The position numbers and the translations under genes were made by a program. Of a stretch of 64,000 nt of DNA, positions 36,883 through 52,901 are shown piece after piece. The stretch's first letter is position 1. Each line of letters opens with the position of its first letter. Where the stretch lies: assembly GCF_009914755.1 (NCBI RefSeq), contig NC_060931.1; one strand, written 5' to 3'. This DNA comes from the human T2T-CHM13v2.0 reference genome, Homo sapiens. The notes beneath the pieces were generated by a model that saw only the letters and a program-made list of their open reading frames with translations, was not told the DNA's origin and ran no database searches.

Positions 36883-38084
36883 CTACAATTACGCTATTGT
36901 TGTAGAATCTGGTCAGGAGTCAGGAATCCTCTTAAATTAATAATGGAAAGGTAGAAAAAAATTGAGATGACCCGAGAATGAAAATCTCAGTATTCCAAAA
37001 AAAAGATAATGGTTTGTTTTCTTAAGTTAGCAGCTTGTGTTCCTGGAGTGAATTGCATTGCATGGTGTGTAGTGAAAGCTATATAAGCCAGCATTTGAGT
37101 CCTTTTTCTTCCATTTCCACTCTAAGCCTCTCATTTTCCTTATTTACTGATCGTGGCTAATAATTGTATCATTTGGCTGTTTTTTGGGATGATTATATAG
37201 ATTTATATAAGCTGTGTAGTACAATGCCTGGTGCCCATTAGGCACCCTACCAAATAACACTATTATTGCTTTAATTGTGATTATTGTTATTTATTAATCC
37301 TGCAAATCACATGAAAAGAATTTCTAAATATCTCCAGAGAGCCTGAGTATCTGCAGTCTTTAAGATACCTTTATTTTCTATAGAAAGCAGACTCGCCTCT
37401 GCTGATCAACTTGGGGAAAACATCAAAAGTGATGATATCAAACAGGATTTCCTTGTGACCAGAAGAATCTAATTACTTCCACGTGAAACTCTGATGAGGT
37501 AAAAAAACATTTATGCATCTAAACCACTTGCTAATGGTCAGGGGTGTAATGCACAATTCCCACCAGTAGATACATGGCATAAAACTTACAAGTGTTGAAA
37601 CCTGAAGTAAGTCACGAAGGTCCCTCTGCTCACCAGGGATGTCACTGTGCTTTCACTGTCATTTCAAGAAGTTATTCAGTTTCATTTTTTTCTTTCTTTG
37701 AAAACTGTGTTCATCTTCATCCTCCTACCCAAGCCCATGCCCCTCTCCCTCCCTCATGCGGTCCTTACTCTCAACCACACAGGCACACGCTCAATGGCTT
37801 ATTCAGTGAACACCTGGAATCACAACCATTATCGTTGCAATAACTTTATTTCACAAATGAGAAAGTGAAGGAATTTAGGTTTAAAATGCTCACCCAACTC
37901 ACACAAAGGATTCTTAGTGTCCTTGAGTTTCCAAGATAAGAAATATGAGGAATGCTATAAAAAAGGAAATAACACCATCTTTTATCATTCCTCTCATAAA
38001 AAATGGTTTCTCTGATGTATGTTGTTAGCCATGTGATCAAGCAGAGGTTTTTCTGATGTACGTTTTTGGTCATACAGGTAGGCA

Positions 38085-38330
38085 ATATGAGCAGTGGTTA
38101 AGTATAAGAATTCCAGTTGAGGCTTCCAAGTTTCACATCCAGCTGTTATTGTTTTACTTGTTGCTATTATTATTAGGTAGCAATATAACCCAGGATGAGT
38201 TACTTAATCACTGGGCCTCAGTTTCCTCTTCTTTAAAATGGGATTGATAATAACAGCCCACACTTCACAGGGTTGCGGCTCCATTTAAATTGGTTGGTAG
38301 ACATAGAGTGCTTGGAGTAAGACCTGCAAC
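38085..38330 (+). mobile_element. MIR
   Basis: GAGTTACTTAATCACTGGGCCTCAGTTTCCTCTTCTTTAAAATGGG. Confidence 0.8.
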
Positions 38331-38799
38331 ATCACGGTCTTTCTTTCTGAATCTAGACATTTCTTTGGTTTGAGCAACCTGAACATACTTTTTCATCGCG
38401 GTCTGGCTATTCTAACAGTTCCAGTGACTCTTGTTCATTTTGTTTCAATATGTGGTTGTAATAACAAAGATGACTACATGATAAATGTCCATGGAACATT
38501 CTTCCAATGACCAGAAAATCAAAATGCAACCATAATGTGAATAATGGGCCAACTTTTTATTGGGAAATATTTGGCAGAGGCTAGACTTTTTAAGGCAAGT
38601 ATTATATTCAAGGAAAATGGTTTGAAGTGAAAATGTTTTTAGATACTGTCAACAAAACTAACTTGTATAATCCCACTTGCTTGCTTCATCATATTCATAT
38701 TGTTAGCCCTACATCAAAAGCTAGATTGGATCTAGATTTTCTTTTAAAAAAAGTGTTTCCCAAGTCTGCTTTCCATTATCCCCAGCAAAATCTGTTTCA

Positions 38800-39748
38800 A
38801 TATTCAAAACTCATGAAAACAGTGAAAAGAAAAATGTCAGCAGAATCCCCTCTAGCTAAACGTGCTCAAGGAGTTGGTAACAAATCCTTGCTGAGAAAAT
38901 CGCACAGGCACCATGCTTCTCTGTTTGGCATTTTTAATCACCTGAGATGTGTCCCGCAGTTTGCTTCTGAGCCAGTCCTGGACTGGGTGAATTCCCACGA
39001 AGGGAGATTTCCAAAGTTGAGTTCACTTGCAGCTACTGCTCCCACTCATGATCCCAGCCATGCTGTGGTAGGTGGAAAAGGCAAGAAGTTGAGTTGATGA
39101 CTATGAAAGCTGGCCATCAAAAGGCTGCGTGCTTATTCACAAATACTTTCCTCCTCATAAGTTTCTACCATCTGGCATTCAGCACAGTAGAATGAAAACA
39201 CTTTTACCATGATTGTAGAGCAAAAATTGAATAATTAGGAAAGAAAAACTCCCTCTGCTATCCCTAGACCAGCAGAAAATCCTCTAAATGACTGATTTCA
39301 TGCAAAGCATCCTCTGCTTTGCTTTGATTCCAGAGCAGTTTCTGATACTAGTTCTTAAATAGGATTGTTAACTGTTGTTCAATAATGTCTGAAGAGCTTG
39401 TAAAGAGATAAGTGAAAACCCTTGTAAGTATTTAGTTTCTTCTCAAACGCAAAAGAACAACCACCCAGGGCCCTTTTAGTTCATGTAAGACCTAGCACAT
39501 GGAAATCTAGCAAGCTGGGGGAAAACATAGAGGCAGGAAATTCTGTGGCTTCTCTCAGAAGACAAGGATCGAATCCTTCTAAGGGAAGGAGACCATTTTC
39601 ACACTTTCCTTAATCACTACATTTTTCTGCCTTGAGGGAAAGGCAGGAACAGGAGGCCATGAGACCCACTACATAACCTCTGAGTCTTCTACTTTCCAGG
39701 TTGAAATCTCCCATCCTCCCTATTCATGGCTGCTTGAAAAGAGGCACC
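38800..39748 (-). pseudogene. LRR pseudogene large exon, 3' half with LRRCT-like remnant
   Basis: One frame 39714-39421 with two stops: DFNLESRRLRGYVVGLMASCSCLSLK..*..NGLLPLEGFDPCLLREATEFPASMFSPSLLDFHVLGLT*TKRALGGCSFAFEKKL. Then SLQALQTLLNNS, FHSHQLNFLP and LEISLRGN/PVQDWLRSKL. Confidence 0.65.
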
Positions 39749-40596
39749 TTATTCATTCACTCATTGGCCCTGGGCTAAACAAACATGGTCCCTACCTCAT
39801 GATGCTTCTAATCTATTAGGAAAACAGATAATCACAAAATACATTAAAATGTTACTTAGTCATGATTGTGATAAAAATTGCAAAAATGAAGTAGAGCATA
39901 ATACAAAAATTTTAATCATATGATTTAACTTAGGAGATGTGGTAAGGAGGAGTATTGAAGAAAACACTTACTCCTGGCCTCCTTCTCCTGCACTGTTACT
40001 TACAAAGCTTCTCGTAACACACCCATCTCCTATAGATATGCTATAGGAGTGCCATAGAAATACTGCTTATAAATATGTATTACCAGTGTCTAGATTATAA
40101 AATAAGAAGTGTATTCAACAAATATTCATTTGACAATTTTTTAAATATTTCCTATTTGCCAGGAACTCTTCTAAGTACTCAGAATGAAACAATAACCAAA
40201 ATAGACAAAATTTTAAAAACACATAAACAAACCCTGACTTCCATGAAGCATACATTCAGGAAGGGAAGAAAGAAAATGAACAAAATAAGGAAATGAAATG
40301 TAAAGTATGTTAGAAGGTGAAACAAGCTAAAGAGAAAAATAAAACAAAAAAGACTACCAAGAGGCTAGGGCCTATGTTGGGAGGGACAGGTGTTACAACT
40401 TTGTGTGAGATGGCCAAAGGCAGCCTCACTGAGTAGTTGACATTTAAATAAAAACCTCCAAGTTGGGAGAAGGAGCCTCCTTTGTATCTGGGATTGGGGC
40501 ACAATATGAAGCTGGAGATTTGGCCGAGGCCAGATTTGAGAAGAAGTCTGTTCAGAGTTTTAACTCTATTGGGAAGGATATAATCAGACTTAAGAT

Positions 40597-40861
40597 TTTT
40601 TTTAGAATAGTTGGGGTCTCACTCTGTTACCCAAGCTAGAGTGCAGTAGCACAATCATGCCTCACTGCAGCCTCAAACTCCTGGGCTCCAGGCATCCTCC
40701 TGCCTCAGCTTCGCATGTAGTTGGGACTACAGGTGCATACCACTACACCCAGCTAATGGTTTTTGTTTTGTTTTGTTTTTGTAGAGTTGGAGTCCTGCTT
40801 TGTTGCCCAGGCTGGTCTCGAACTCCTGACCTCAAGTGATCCTCCCTTCTCGACCTCTCAA
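40597..40861 (-). mobile_element. AluJ, 5'-truncated
   Basis: CTGCAGCCTCAAACTCCTGGGCTC; near-TSD CAGACTTA(AG/T)ATTTT. Confidence 0.9.
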
Positions 40862-40986
40862 CAGACTTATATTTTAAAACAACTACTCTCTAGCTATTCT
40901 GCAGGAAATGAATGGGGTGGTAACAGAAGAATATTGAGAGAGATCAATTGAGGAAGCTGTAGAAATATTGTAGACAAGATAAGGTA

Positions 40987-41673
<687 letters not shown>

Positions 41674-41785
41674 GCTAGTAACCTGGGCAAGGGCTGTAGT
41701 TAATAGAGATGAATAGACAAGAATGAGTTTGAGATGTTTTAGAGGGAGAATTCACAGGACATGGCAGCTGTGTGGATATAGGAAA

Positions 41786-42659
41786 CGATGGGCAGAGCAT
41801 ATGTATTTCTTGTTCTTGGTCCAACCTACTCCCAAGATAGCTCTGCTTGACCTTCATCTCTTTCCTCCTGGTATGGTGCTTATAACTGACCCAGGTATTA
41901 TTATACTTTAGCTAAAAGTTATTGCAAGTGGTTTTCAGCCAGGTACATACTCCACAGGGAGATGTCAGCAAGTCTAACCAGGCTGTAATGTAAAGGTTTA
42001 TAAGCATGATTTTAGAAAGGTTAAGTGCAAAGAGAGTCTCTGTAAGGGCTAGAGCCCACACTGGTCACGAGATGCTCACAGCATGCAAGGCAGTAATGAT
42101 CTAGAATCTCCGGCTCGATTGGACAAGGCAAGAGGCACAAATGTATGTGCAGAGGAGCCTGTCAATAGTTTATTGGAATGAGAAGGACTTATCTTTCCGC
42201 GTGCTATGACTGGAGCTCTTAATGTACAGGTCTCTTCCCTAGGTTTAAGTATGTGCTAGTAAGCCTCACAAAAACAAAAAGGGAAGGTTTAATTTGAGCT
42301 GCTTGGTTTGGACAGAAAAACTCTTTTCTGTTAGGAGTCCAAAGAACTGCTATAGCCCACATGTCCTGGGATGGAATAATGTCAGAAAGGCCATTTCTGT
42401 TGGGAGAGTGGCAGTTTCAATAAAGCTTAAAGCTTTTGGTATTACACTCAGCTAGTATGGCCCATTCAATCCCCAGGGGGAGGTCATACAAGACCTTGGG
42501 CACCCCACATGAGGCCTGTGGGCCCACTGGTGCCCAATGAAAGACTCTAGAAAAACCCGAGGAAGTAGATTGTCTTGTTCAACTGGGCCAGGTTGGTTAG
42601 GACTGACCACTGCCCTGATGTGGTGCTGAGGACCTTTGCTGCTAGGTTTGATCACACAG
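41786..42659 (-). pseudogene. LRR pseudogene large exon, 5' half
   Basis: Branch point TGACTAAT (42685-42678) followed by CCCTGCCTTGAATTTCAG acceptor (AG at 42661-42660). LRR fragments include FVRLTSTYLNLG, SNKLLTGSSAHTFVPL, LFALNLS(K)NH and LWSMYLAENHLQ*LLAKV**YLGQL. Confidence 0.65.
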
Positions 42660-42863
42660 CTGAAATTCAAGGCAGGGATTAGTCATTACATAATATGTGC
42701 CATTTAAAATTAACCCCACTAAAATCAAGAGAATAGGATGAATAAATTGTGATGTATTCATAAGATGGACTTCAAGACTGCCATTAAGAATAAATCTAAA
42801 AAGAAAAAACCTGGGGGAAAAAAATCAGGTTAGCATCTATGGTATTGGCCCATTAAAATAAAA

Positions 42864-42877
42864 TCTCTCTCTCTCTG

Positions 42878-42924
<47 letters not shown>

Positions 42925-42951
42925 TACACACACAGGCGCACACACACACAC
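42864..42951. repeat. (TC)n(CA)n compound microsatellite
   Basis: Directly visible. Confidence 0.95.
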
Positions 42952-44244
42952 TTAAAGAAACAGAGATGGGCAGAGACAGGGAGAAAGAAATGACTAAAAT
43001 AATACATATTAAAGCATTAGTCATTCCTGTTTTGAAATATTTAGATGAATTTTCTTCATTTTAATAATCTATTTTCTGAAGGTGTATTATCTCATGATAA
43101 GAAATGAATACATAAAATTACAGCATAAAACTGGGCCATTATAAAAGATAACTACAAAAGTAAAAAAGAAATATGCACGTATGCCTCAATCCATTTAATA
43201 TTCAGACCCCATCTTGAACTCCCTTAACTCATTCTTTTTGTTAATAAAACATTGCCACGATCCGTTCATCACTGTTTTCTGTTCATGTGGTCCACCACTG
43301 AAAAACCTTCAACATCTCTCCCTCAGAAAAGGAATCTATAGCTCCCTCAGGGCAAGGCTTCCTAGTGCTTTGCCCAGAAATTATTATTTTTCATCTAAAA
43401 CTGTGGAGAAAAGTTTGCTGAGATCATAAAACCCTAAAAATAAGAGAAGAATACCTCAGGCTGGTGAATCTCTGAAGTGTGAGAGTCAACACAGACAGAT
43501 ACGTTCCAGCTTCACCTAAGTGAGTCTTGCCACAGAGGCTATTCCTCTTCCCTCTGTAGGAATGAGCTGTTTGGGGAAACTGAAGTCCCTACGCTGAACA
43601 GGGACAGGAAAGGCAGGGCAGTTTCAACATTTGGAAGGACAGACTGGCAAAATCCCACTTAAGACTCCTTCTAACCCTGAAATGTATTTGCATCCAGAAT
43701 ATAACTCACAAGACCATAAAATCAGAGAAGGGATCATAAAAATGATCTAGTCAGACCTCTTCATTTCAAAGATGACAAAATGTAAACTCTGTGAGGTTAC
43801 TTCCCCAGGGTCTCATTATTGTCAGTGGCAGCAGCAGCAGATCACAGTTTTATATATTGTCTATTTTAAGATGGACTGGACTATACGTAAATGGAGTATA
43901 AGTAGTTCCTATAGCCAGCATTCTTATAAAGACAGCAGTCAAGGGAATGAAAGCTCCCAAAGTTCATAAACAAGTAGAGGATGGCTTAAACATGATTCAG
44001 AAAGAGAACAAAGATTAAGATGAGTCAGAGACTAACCCTCTGGCTACTCATGATGGGAAGCTCTTCGCTTCCCTTGGAAAGAAGGTTGGTGGCCACATCA
44101 GATATCCAATACTCACCGTAATTATCTGAAGTTACATGTATGTGTCAGGTACTAGTTTGCATGCATAATCCATTGTTTCTCATGTTTTTTTTCTGATTAC
44201 TTAATTCATAATTATCTAGCATAGGTGAGAATATTATTTATTTC

Positions 44245-44357
44245 TAGAGCCTACCCAGAACCTATGAGTTAGAATCTTTAGGGGTGTTCTTGAGTGTCTG
44301 GAATTTATACCAGCTCCCTAGGCGGTTCTTCTGAGCACAGAGCTTGAGAACCACTGA
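44245..44357. mobile_element. MER5-like fragment
   Basis: Ends in TIR TTGAGAACCACTG. Confidence 0.65.
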
Positions 44358-45478
44358 CATAATCCACATATTGTGTTTTGATTCTTCTTATTTTACTCAT
44401 TTGTATTAAAAAATATTGAATCAAGTTCCCTGAAATTAAAAGAAGATAACTCAGGAATTATTTGAACACTTGTATACCAACTCTTCTCTTCATCTCCATA
44501 TTTATTCCTGGACAGGAGCTATTACTGAATTGAATCTTCTAGGTCTATGCTGTACCTCTGTTTTCCAGCCAAGGCCATTGCTAGGGGCCACATTATCATA
44601 TTGTCATATCTGCTATATGACTTTGTTTTTATCTATCAACTTCAAAACTTTGTATCTTTTCCCATAGCTAGGAAAGCCCCAAGGCCCCTGCCACATCTTC
44701 ACCTCCATTCCCTTCTTTCCGTCTCACTGTCCCCAAACTAATTCAGATCCTCAATCTTCCCACCTAATGGTTTTGTCACCAGGGTACCTGTCTTCATCTC
44801 TTTTCCAATTATGACATTTGCCAGGTTAGTCTTCCAACAGGGCTACTCCAGTCATGTTTCATAGTTCATCCCTGTAAAAGCAGCCAACTGAATTAAAACT
44901 AAAACCATTGACCTGGCTTTCAGAGCCCTCTTTTGTGTGACCCTAACCTAAATTTCCAGCCTTTTAAAACTTTCCTACTTGTATCCACAGTGGACTTGAC
45001 CTTGCCTGCCTATATGCCTTTGCTTATACGGTTGGAATAACAAGAACTTCTGTCCTCATTTCTACTGGTTGAAATCTTAGCCATCACTTTTGATCCCTCC
45101 TTCAAAAGACACCTCATCTGTAAGGCCTTAATTAGTTCCTCTGATTTAATATTCTCAACCTTCTGTAAAGCCTCTGCTTTGTGTACCTCTCTTAAAAGAT
45201 TTTCACATTTATCGTTTTAAAAGTTATTTGTATAATTGTCTCATCACCTGTAACAACTGAATCAGCATGTTTGCTGCATAAGTTTTCCTGAATAAATCAT
45301 TTTTAAAAGCTGTGTTTCAAGAAACTTCTCAAATGTGGGATAAATTTATCTTCCTCCAATAACGTGAAGAGGTTTAATTGACAATGCATAAACCACACTC
45401 AAACATCAGGGGACACTTCATAAAATGGCTTGGTTTTTAAAAGGTATTTATCACACTTTTTACAAAACCTTGAGATAC

Positions 45479-45747
45479 CTGTAATCTTGAAGATCAAGCA
45501 ATAGCATTCTGCAGAACTCCACTGAGGAACTGACTTTCATTCCCTCTAAGGCCTGTTTTGGACACATATCCAAATGGGTCGCTAACACATTCTACAATAA
45601 GCCCTAATATTCAACATCCAGAAGAGCAGAAAGCCCTGTCGGATCCAACTTAGTATACTTGGAGGTCTCAGGGCTTCTCCACGATGCACAGCTTGGCCAC
45701 CTTATGAGAACCTGGTAGAATTTCACCCAGAGTTACATCAGTGAAGC
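45479..45747 (-). pseudogene. LRR pseudogene exon: first LRRs
   Basis: Reads FTDVTLGEILPGSHKVAKLCIV / SKYTKLDPTGLSALLDVEY*GLL*NVLATHLDMCPKQALEGMK / QFLSGVLQNAIA. Donor AG|GTATC at 45478. The acceptor is purine-rich and weak. Confidence 0.5.
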
Positions 45748-46305
45748 CTGTTTATTTTGTTGGGTATCTCCCTCCCTCTTCTTTTTTACACTGATTTTTT
45801 TTCATATGACATTGACAAATCTCATTTATTTTTTCTCTAGAGAGCCACATTTTGTGATCCTGAAAGTTTTCTTACACTCCCTCACCAGCCATTTCTGCTC
45901 CTTCAAGGGCTTATCTCTATTGTATGTCACTTGATGGAAGTCCCTACATGCTCCTTCTAGATGGTGATCTTTACAAAGGCAGAGACTACGTGTTATTGAG
46001 GTTCAAATTCACTTCATTGCAGAGCAGAATGTTGGGATCTGTTCGTTTTCTTAATAAATGTTTCTCAAACTAAATCTCTGAAGCTGAATGTTGATATGAT
46101 TATTAAATGAAATAATTTATGTAAACTGTTGTGCCCAATAAAAGGTAAACAATAAATGGAATCCAAAAATCAGACAACATTGGCCCTCATGTAACCTTCC
46201 TATTCCTTCTCTTTCCAGTGGCTTAAGTTAAATTAAAAGCCATCTATGTGATTCCTTTGGTTTCATGTCCTAGGGATGGTGATGACTTTAGAGTCATACA
46301 CTCAC

Positions 46306-46477
46306 TGGCAGGCTCTCAGCTTGTGGGGCAGCATGGCAGTTCTGTAAGTGAGCATATTAACAGGACACAGCTGTGAACAACAAAGTATTGGTACATAGAG
46401 ATTATACTGTGCTGAAAACACAGGATCTGGGCAGACGGAGATGAATACCATTAGATAATATGTTAGGAAGAAGTTGC
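46306..46477 (-). pseudogene. LRR pseudogene exon: signal-peptide end and LRRNT-like cap
   Basis: Acceptor TTGGCTTTCTTAG| (AG at 46479-46478) and donor |GTGAGT (46305-46300). Reads NFFLTYYLMVFISVCPDP, then SLTELP and LPHKLR in shifted frames. Confidence 0.55.
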
Positions 46478-47104
46478 CTAAGAAAGCCAAATAGTTTATA
46501 TTTCACTATTATTAGACATGCCATTGGAGAAAGTTTTTAAGAAACGTGTATTCATTTCCAAGAAGTAAGTCTTGAAAGTACTCGTGTCAAGTATGCTGGC
46601 TCTTATGTGTGCCGTTTTGATTTTAACTGTAGGAGAATATGATTTTCCCTCAAAAACTCTTCTTTCTACATAAGCTTAGAAAATTAGGCAACTGCTGCCA
46701 GAAGGATTTTGAACATCCATCCCCAAGGATTTTCATGGGAAGGTATTCAGAATTCAAATTTGAAAGCTTATATCTTAATCAAAACATGTAGGCAGTATAT
46801 ACATTTCTACGATGATCTCACAGTAAAATGTTAACAGCAAAATTCTTTTAAATAGAATGACATGAAAGGACATTAAATCTCGTAAGTGCAATTACCTCCA
46901 GAGGTAGCCACACTCACATTCTGGAAAAAGATACACACATTACACACAAATATACACAAAAAAAGAATCCCAAATTCCATGGTGTTGTATTTAGCCTCAT
47001 AATAGTCAACTGAATTAGCTCTGAATTATTCAGCTGGCTCAGTCTCCCTTTGTGGCAATGATAGCATCTTTATCTGACCTAAAACTAACAGCGTGACATA
47101 CTGG

Positions 47105-47320
47105 ACAAGTGTATGAACTCTGAATGTAACATCTCCATTCAATTCCCAGCCTTAACCTTCACTACTCGTGGGAGCCCAGTAAGTTACTTAATGTCTCTTT
47201 CCTTCCTTTCCCTTATCTATAAAGTAAGGATGATGATGATGATACCTACCTCATAAGGTGCTATATAATAAACATGAAGATGGAAGAATTATTAATAATA
47301 AACAAATAACTCATTGAGAC
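47105..47320 (+). mobile_element. MIR
   Basis: AAGTTACTTAA..CTTATCTATAAAGTAAGGATG..TACCTACCTCATAAGG. Confidence 0.7.
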
Positions 47321-47719
47321 ATTTCTAGAAAAGCCTCCCAAAGGAGGCAATGGAGGAACTAAATATTGAAGGAGAAATAGTTAATAGAGGAGGTGATCCA
47401 AGGAGAGAGAACTTCAAGTCCGAAAGCAGCAGCACTTGGGTAAATGGCTGGAAAAAAGGGCATAAGTTGGTAAGTATTGAGAGAGATTGTGCTGGAGGAG
47501 ATTGCTCCAGCAAGATCTTAAAGGCCCTTGTCAACCATATAATGGATCTTTCGTAGTTTTCTGAAGACAGTGGAGTCACTGAGTGCTCTGAGAAGAATGA
47601 GGACACACCACCATGATAGCTGGTGGCATTTATTATCCATGACCATGAACCTCAAGCAAAGCCCTAGCTCTCCCCATAAAGTGCTCCCGAGTCCAATTAC
47701 TGTCCCACTTACTAGACCA

Positions 47720-49495
<1,776 letters not shown>

Positions 49496-50383
49496 ATGCA
49501 GTAAATGCATGCATTCCATTATTATTTTCTTGTGCTCTTCCCAGTGATACCCAAAATTGTGTTGACCTTTATATGTGACTTCAATACAGAAGCCAGTGAA
49601 TTTAGGAAAAAGTCAGTTTCTCTTACTTCCTTTCTCTGGCTTATAGCTGGTAATTTGGTTTCCATTATCTTATGAGTCAGGTTTAGATGACTTTGCTCTA
49701 AATTCATTTCTTTCCATTTGCCCACACTGAAGCATATCTAACCCTCTTCTTACCACCCACGTAGTTTTTCGTGTGGCCATTGTTGGCTTGGCACAATGCG
49801 TGAGCTTAATGTCATTTTCAGAACCAGAAATTCCATTTTGTGTTCCATCATCAAAATCTCATACTAAAAGATACTAATTTCAGCTTTGGAAAACTCACCC
49901 ACTTATACCATAATACTTGAAAAATTTTGTATGCTTTCTTAACATTTCTTTCCTCCAAATAAGAGAGTTCTCTCTATATAATAAAACATGTCTCTTTATA
50001 CTTCTAAAGTTTCAAATGTACAAGTCCTTTACGTATCTTAGGCTCAGGCTTTGGTGTTCTATATGTTTTGTTTCTATTACAAATAAGACTTCCATACTAC
50101 CAATTACATTACTCATTGGTCCAGGAATTGGAGAGAAACCTATAGACTGGCCAGCAGCCTATGAGGAGGCAAGCATTGGAAGAGCCTTTGAGTCAGCGGA
50201 GTGGCTTTGGAACCACTATACTACGGTTGGAACTGTTGAGCAAAATGGCCATCATGGTGAGAACTGGCTACACTTCAAAGTACCTAAAAGACAAAAAATA
50301 TCAAAAAACCCAAGAGGCAAAGTAACTGGCCCTCTCATTTACTTACTGTATCCAAGCTAATGTTTGATTGGTTTGTTTTTCAC

Positions 50384-50454
50384 ATTAGATTTTCTGCAAC
50401 CACACTATGTAGAGATTTTCTATTAGATTTTCTGCAACCATACTATCTAGGGAT
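50384..50454. repeat. 38-bp-period tandem duplication
   Basis: ATTAGATTTTCTGCAACCA(C/T)ACTAT(G/C)TAG(A/G)GAT at 50384 and 50422. Confidence 0.85.
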
Positions 50455-50809
50455 GATAATATGTCTTCTTCTTTCTAGTATGTATAGTTTTATTTTGGTT
50501 TTTGTCAAGTAAAAGTGGGATGAGTGAGCAACTTTTTTCCCCGCCTTTAGCGGTAGCATCTTAAATATTTCATTACTAATTTTTACACTGGATATGGGTT
50601 TGAGATATATAGTCTTTATTACAATATAGATGTATTCATGAATCCCTATTTGGCAATTTTTTAAAGATTGAAGTTAAATTTAACTGAATGCCTTTTCAAT
50701 ATCAATTAAGATAATTGTAGAATTTTTTTTTCTCTTGACTGAGAATATAATTAATTAATCAATTTTGAATACTAAGTTACCTTGCCATCTTATATAAATC
50801 TTACTTGGC

Positions 50810-51104
<295 letters not shown>

Positions 51105-52901
51105 GACTTTTGGGGGTATTTTTAAAATGAATTTCTGGATTTGGATTTTAATAATAAACTTAATATCTGTGTTTATGAGTGAATTACCTTCAGCTTTGTG
51201 TGTGTGTGTATGTGTTACTTTTTTCAGGTGTTTGTATCATCTCTGGTAGGATAACAAATGACTTCTGATTTTTTCCTCAAATTTTGTTCTTCCACGCAAT
51301 TACAATTACTTGTCCCTTAAACATTTAAAAGAACTCCCCTATGGCTCCAACTAATGTGGATAAACAGAGTACTATTTTAGAGTATAAGGAGAGATTATTT
51401 AAGAAAATTTAAAACTTGTATTTATGTGATTGGTCTCTTAGGCTTTCCACCTCTTCTTGCATGACATTTGTTCTTACATATTGTGATTTTCAACCTCAGT
51501 TATTATCAGTGAATTAAAATTACAAGAAAGCTACATCTACAAAATTAGCAAATACATGATATGATTATTACAGCTGAAGGTCTTTGTAGATGAAGGCTTG
51601 TGAAATGGGCATCTGCGTGCAATGCTGTGGTGGTGTTAATTTTTACAATTTTTTTGTAAAGATTTTTTGTAATTTTATCAACAACTCTAAAACAGTATGC
51701 TTTCTGGCCAAATAATTTTATTTCTTGGAATATATACCAGATAATTATTCACAAACAGAAAATAAAGATCAACGTGTGATTTTTGTCGCAGTGCAATTAT
51801 ATCATGATGACGTAAGTCAAATATCTATTACAGAAATTATGAGATAAATTATAAATTATCCACTCAATGTAAGGCTATGTTGGTTCTTAATAGCTACGAA
51901 AAGTTTTCAATAACATGAAGAAATACCAATAATATGCTAAGTATTAAAAATAAGATAGAAAATTGCACAGGTAATATGACCTGAACTTTTAAAAAAATAT
52001 GCATGGCATAAAAGACAGTTGGAAAATTTTAAATAAAATGTTAATAGTGTTACTTTCAGGTAGAAACAGTCACTTTTACAAAAGTTTTAATATCTTTCCA
52101 AATTGTTAAGCAATAAATATAATGAACACACGTACTTTTAATTTAAGAAGTTTTCTTAACTCTTCCAGATAAAAGCATGTCTTGTATTTGAAAACAGTAA
52201 TCATAAGACTCCTGAACAAATAGGGTGACGTTCCTTGCACTCTTTTTCATGTGTCCCCCAACCCACTGGACACCCTTCTGCTTGTGCCATCAAGGTTGGA
52301 TGCTTGCCCCAATTGGCCTTGTAGAAAGTGTACGATTGCACTGCTGCCTTCCAGTCATGTGTCTCCTCCAACAACTCTTCATGATTGGTCAAATTAGCTT
52401 TAATCTGCAACTCACTTTATTCATTGCCCATGCACCGTGCTGGATGTGCACTGCCTCCACCTCAGCCACTGTTATTTAGATCCTTGTCTTGTCCTCTCCC
52501 TATGCCTCAGATGGCTCAACAGGAAAATGAGAGTGTTGACCTCTATGGTCCTTTCAGACCCCCCTTTAGTTCCTCTTGCTACCTGTCTTAGTTTGTCTTT
52601 TGTTGCTATAATAGAATACCAAAGACTGGGTAATTTATAAAGAAAAAAACATTTATTCGACTCATGGTTTAAAGGCTGGGAACTCCAAAAACATGAGACT
52701 GGCATCTGGCAAGGGTCTTCCCATGGCAGAAGGTGGAAGCGAGCACATGAGACAGAAAGGCACCAGGGGCCAAACTTACTTTATAACAACACATTCTCAT
52801 GATAACTAACTCAGTCCTGCACATAACATTCATTCATTCATGTGGGGTGTATCTTCATGGCCCAATCACTTCTTATTAGGCCCCATCTCCCAATATGGTA
52901 G

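Larger units (their letters stand above)
35986..38473 (-). pseudogene. Chain of four small candidate exons (38473-38389, 37655-37590, 37490-37397, 36084-35986)
   Basis: Donors are GTATGT, GTAAGT, GCGAGT (GC-AG type) and GTAGAA, with compatible phases. Joined peptide: HLCYYNHILKQNEQESLELLE*PDRDEK|*KHSDIPGEQRDLRDLLQVSTL|SFTWK*LDSSGHKEILFDIITFDVFPKLISR|DESALTEVSEQVEADPEKFRAFGNEVEKQYIEE. No family recognised. Confidence 0.38.

Noticed and set aside
37384-37498. + strand exon-like reading (SRLASADQLGENIKSDD...)
   Set aside because: Has an internal stop and no compatible neighbours. It also shows that protein-like text can arise by chance here.
38627-39097. 156-aa + strand ORF
   Set aside because: Non-ATG start, no recognisable family, and antisense to the LRR fossil.
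49917-50360. 147-aa + strand ORF
   Set aside because: Non-ATG start, low-complexity N-terminus, no recognised homology or good exon borders.
52200-52480. HQGWMLAP resembling the RT motif QGxxLxP
   Set aside because: Single short match without flanking RT motifs.
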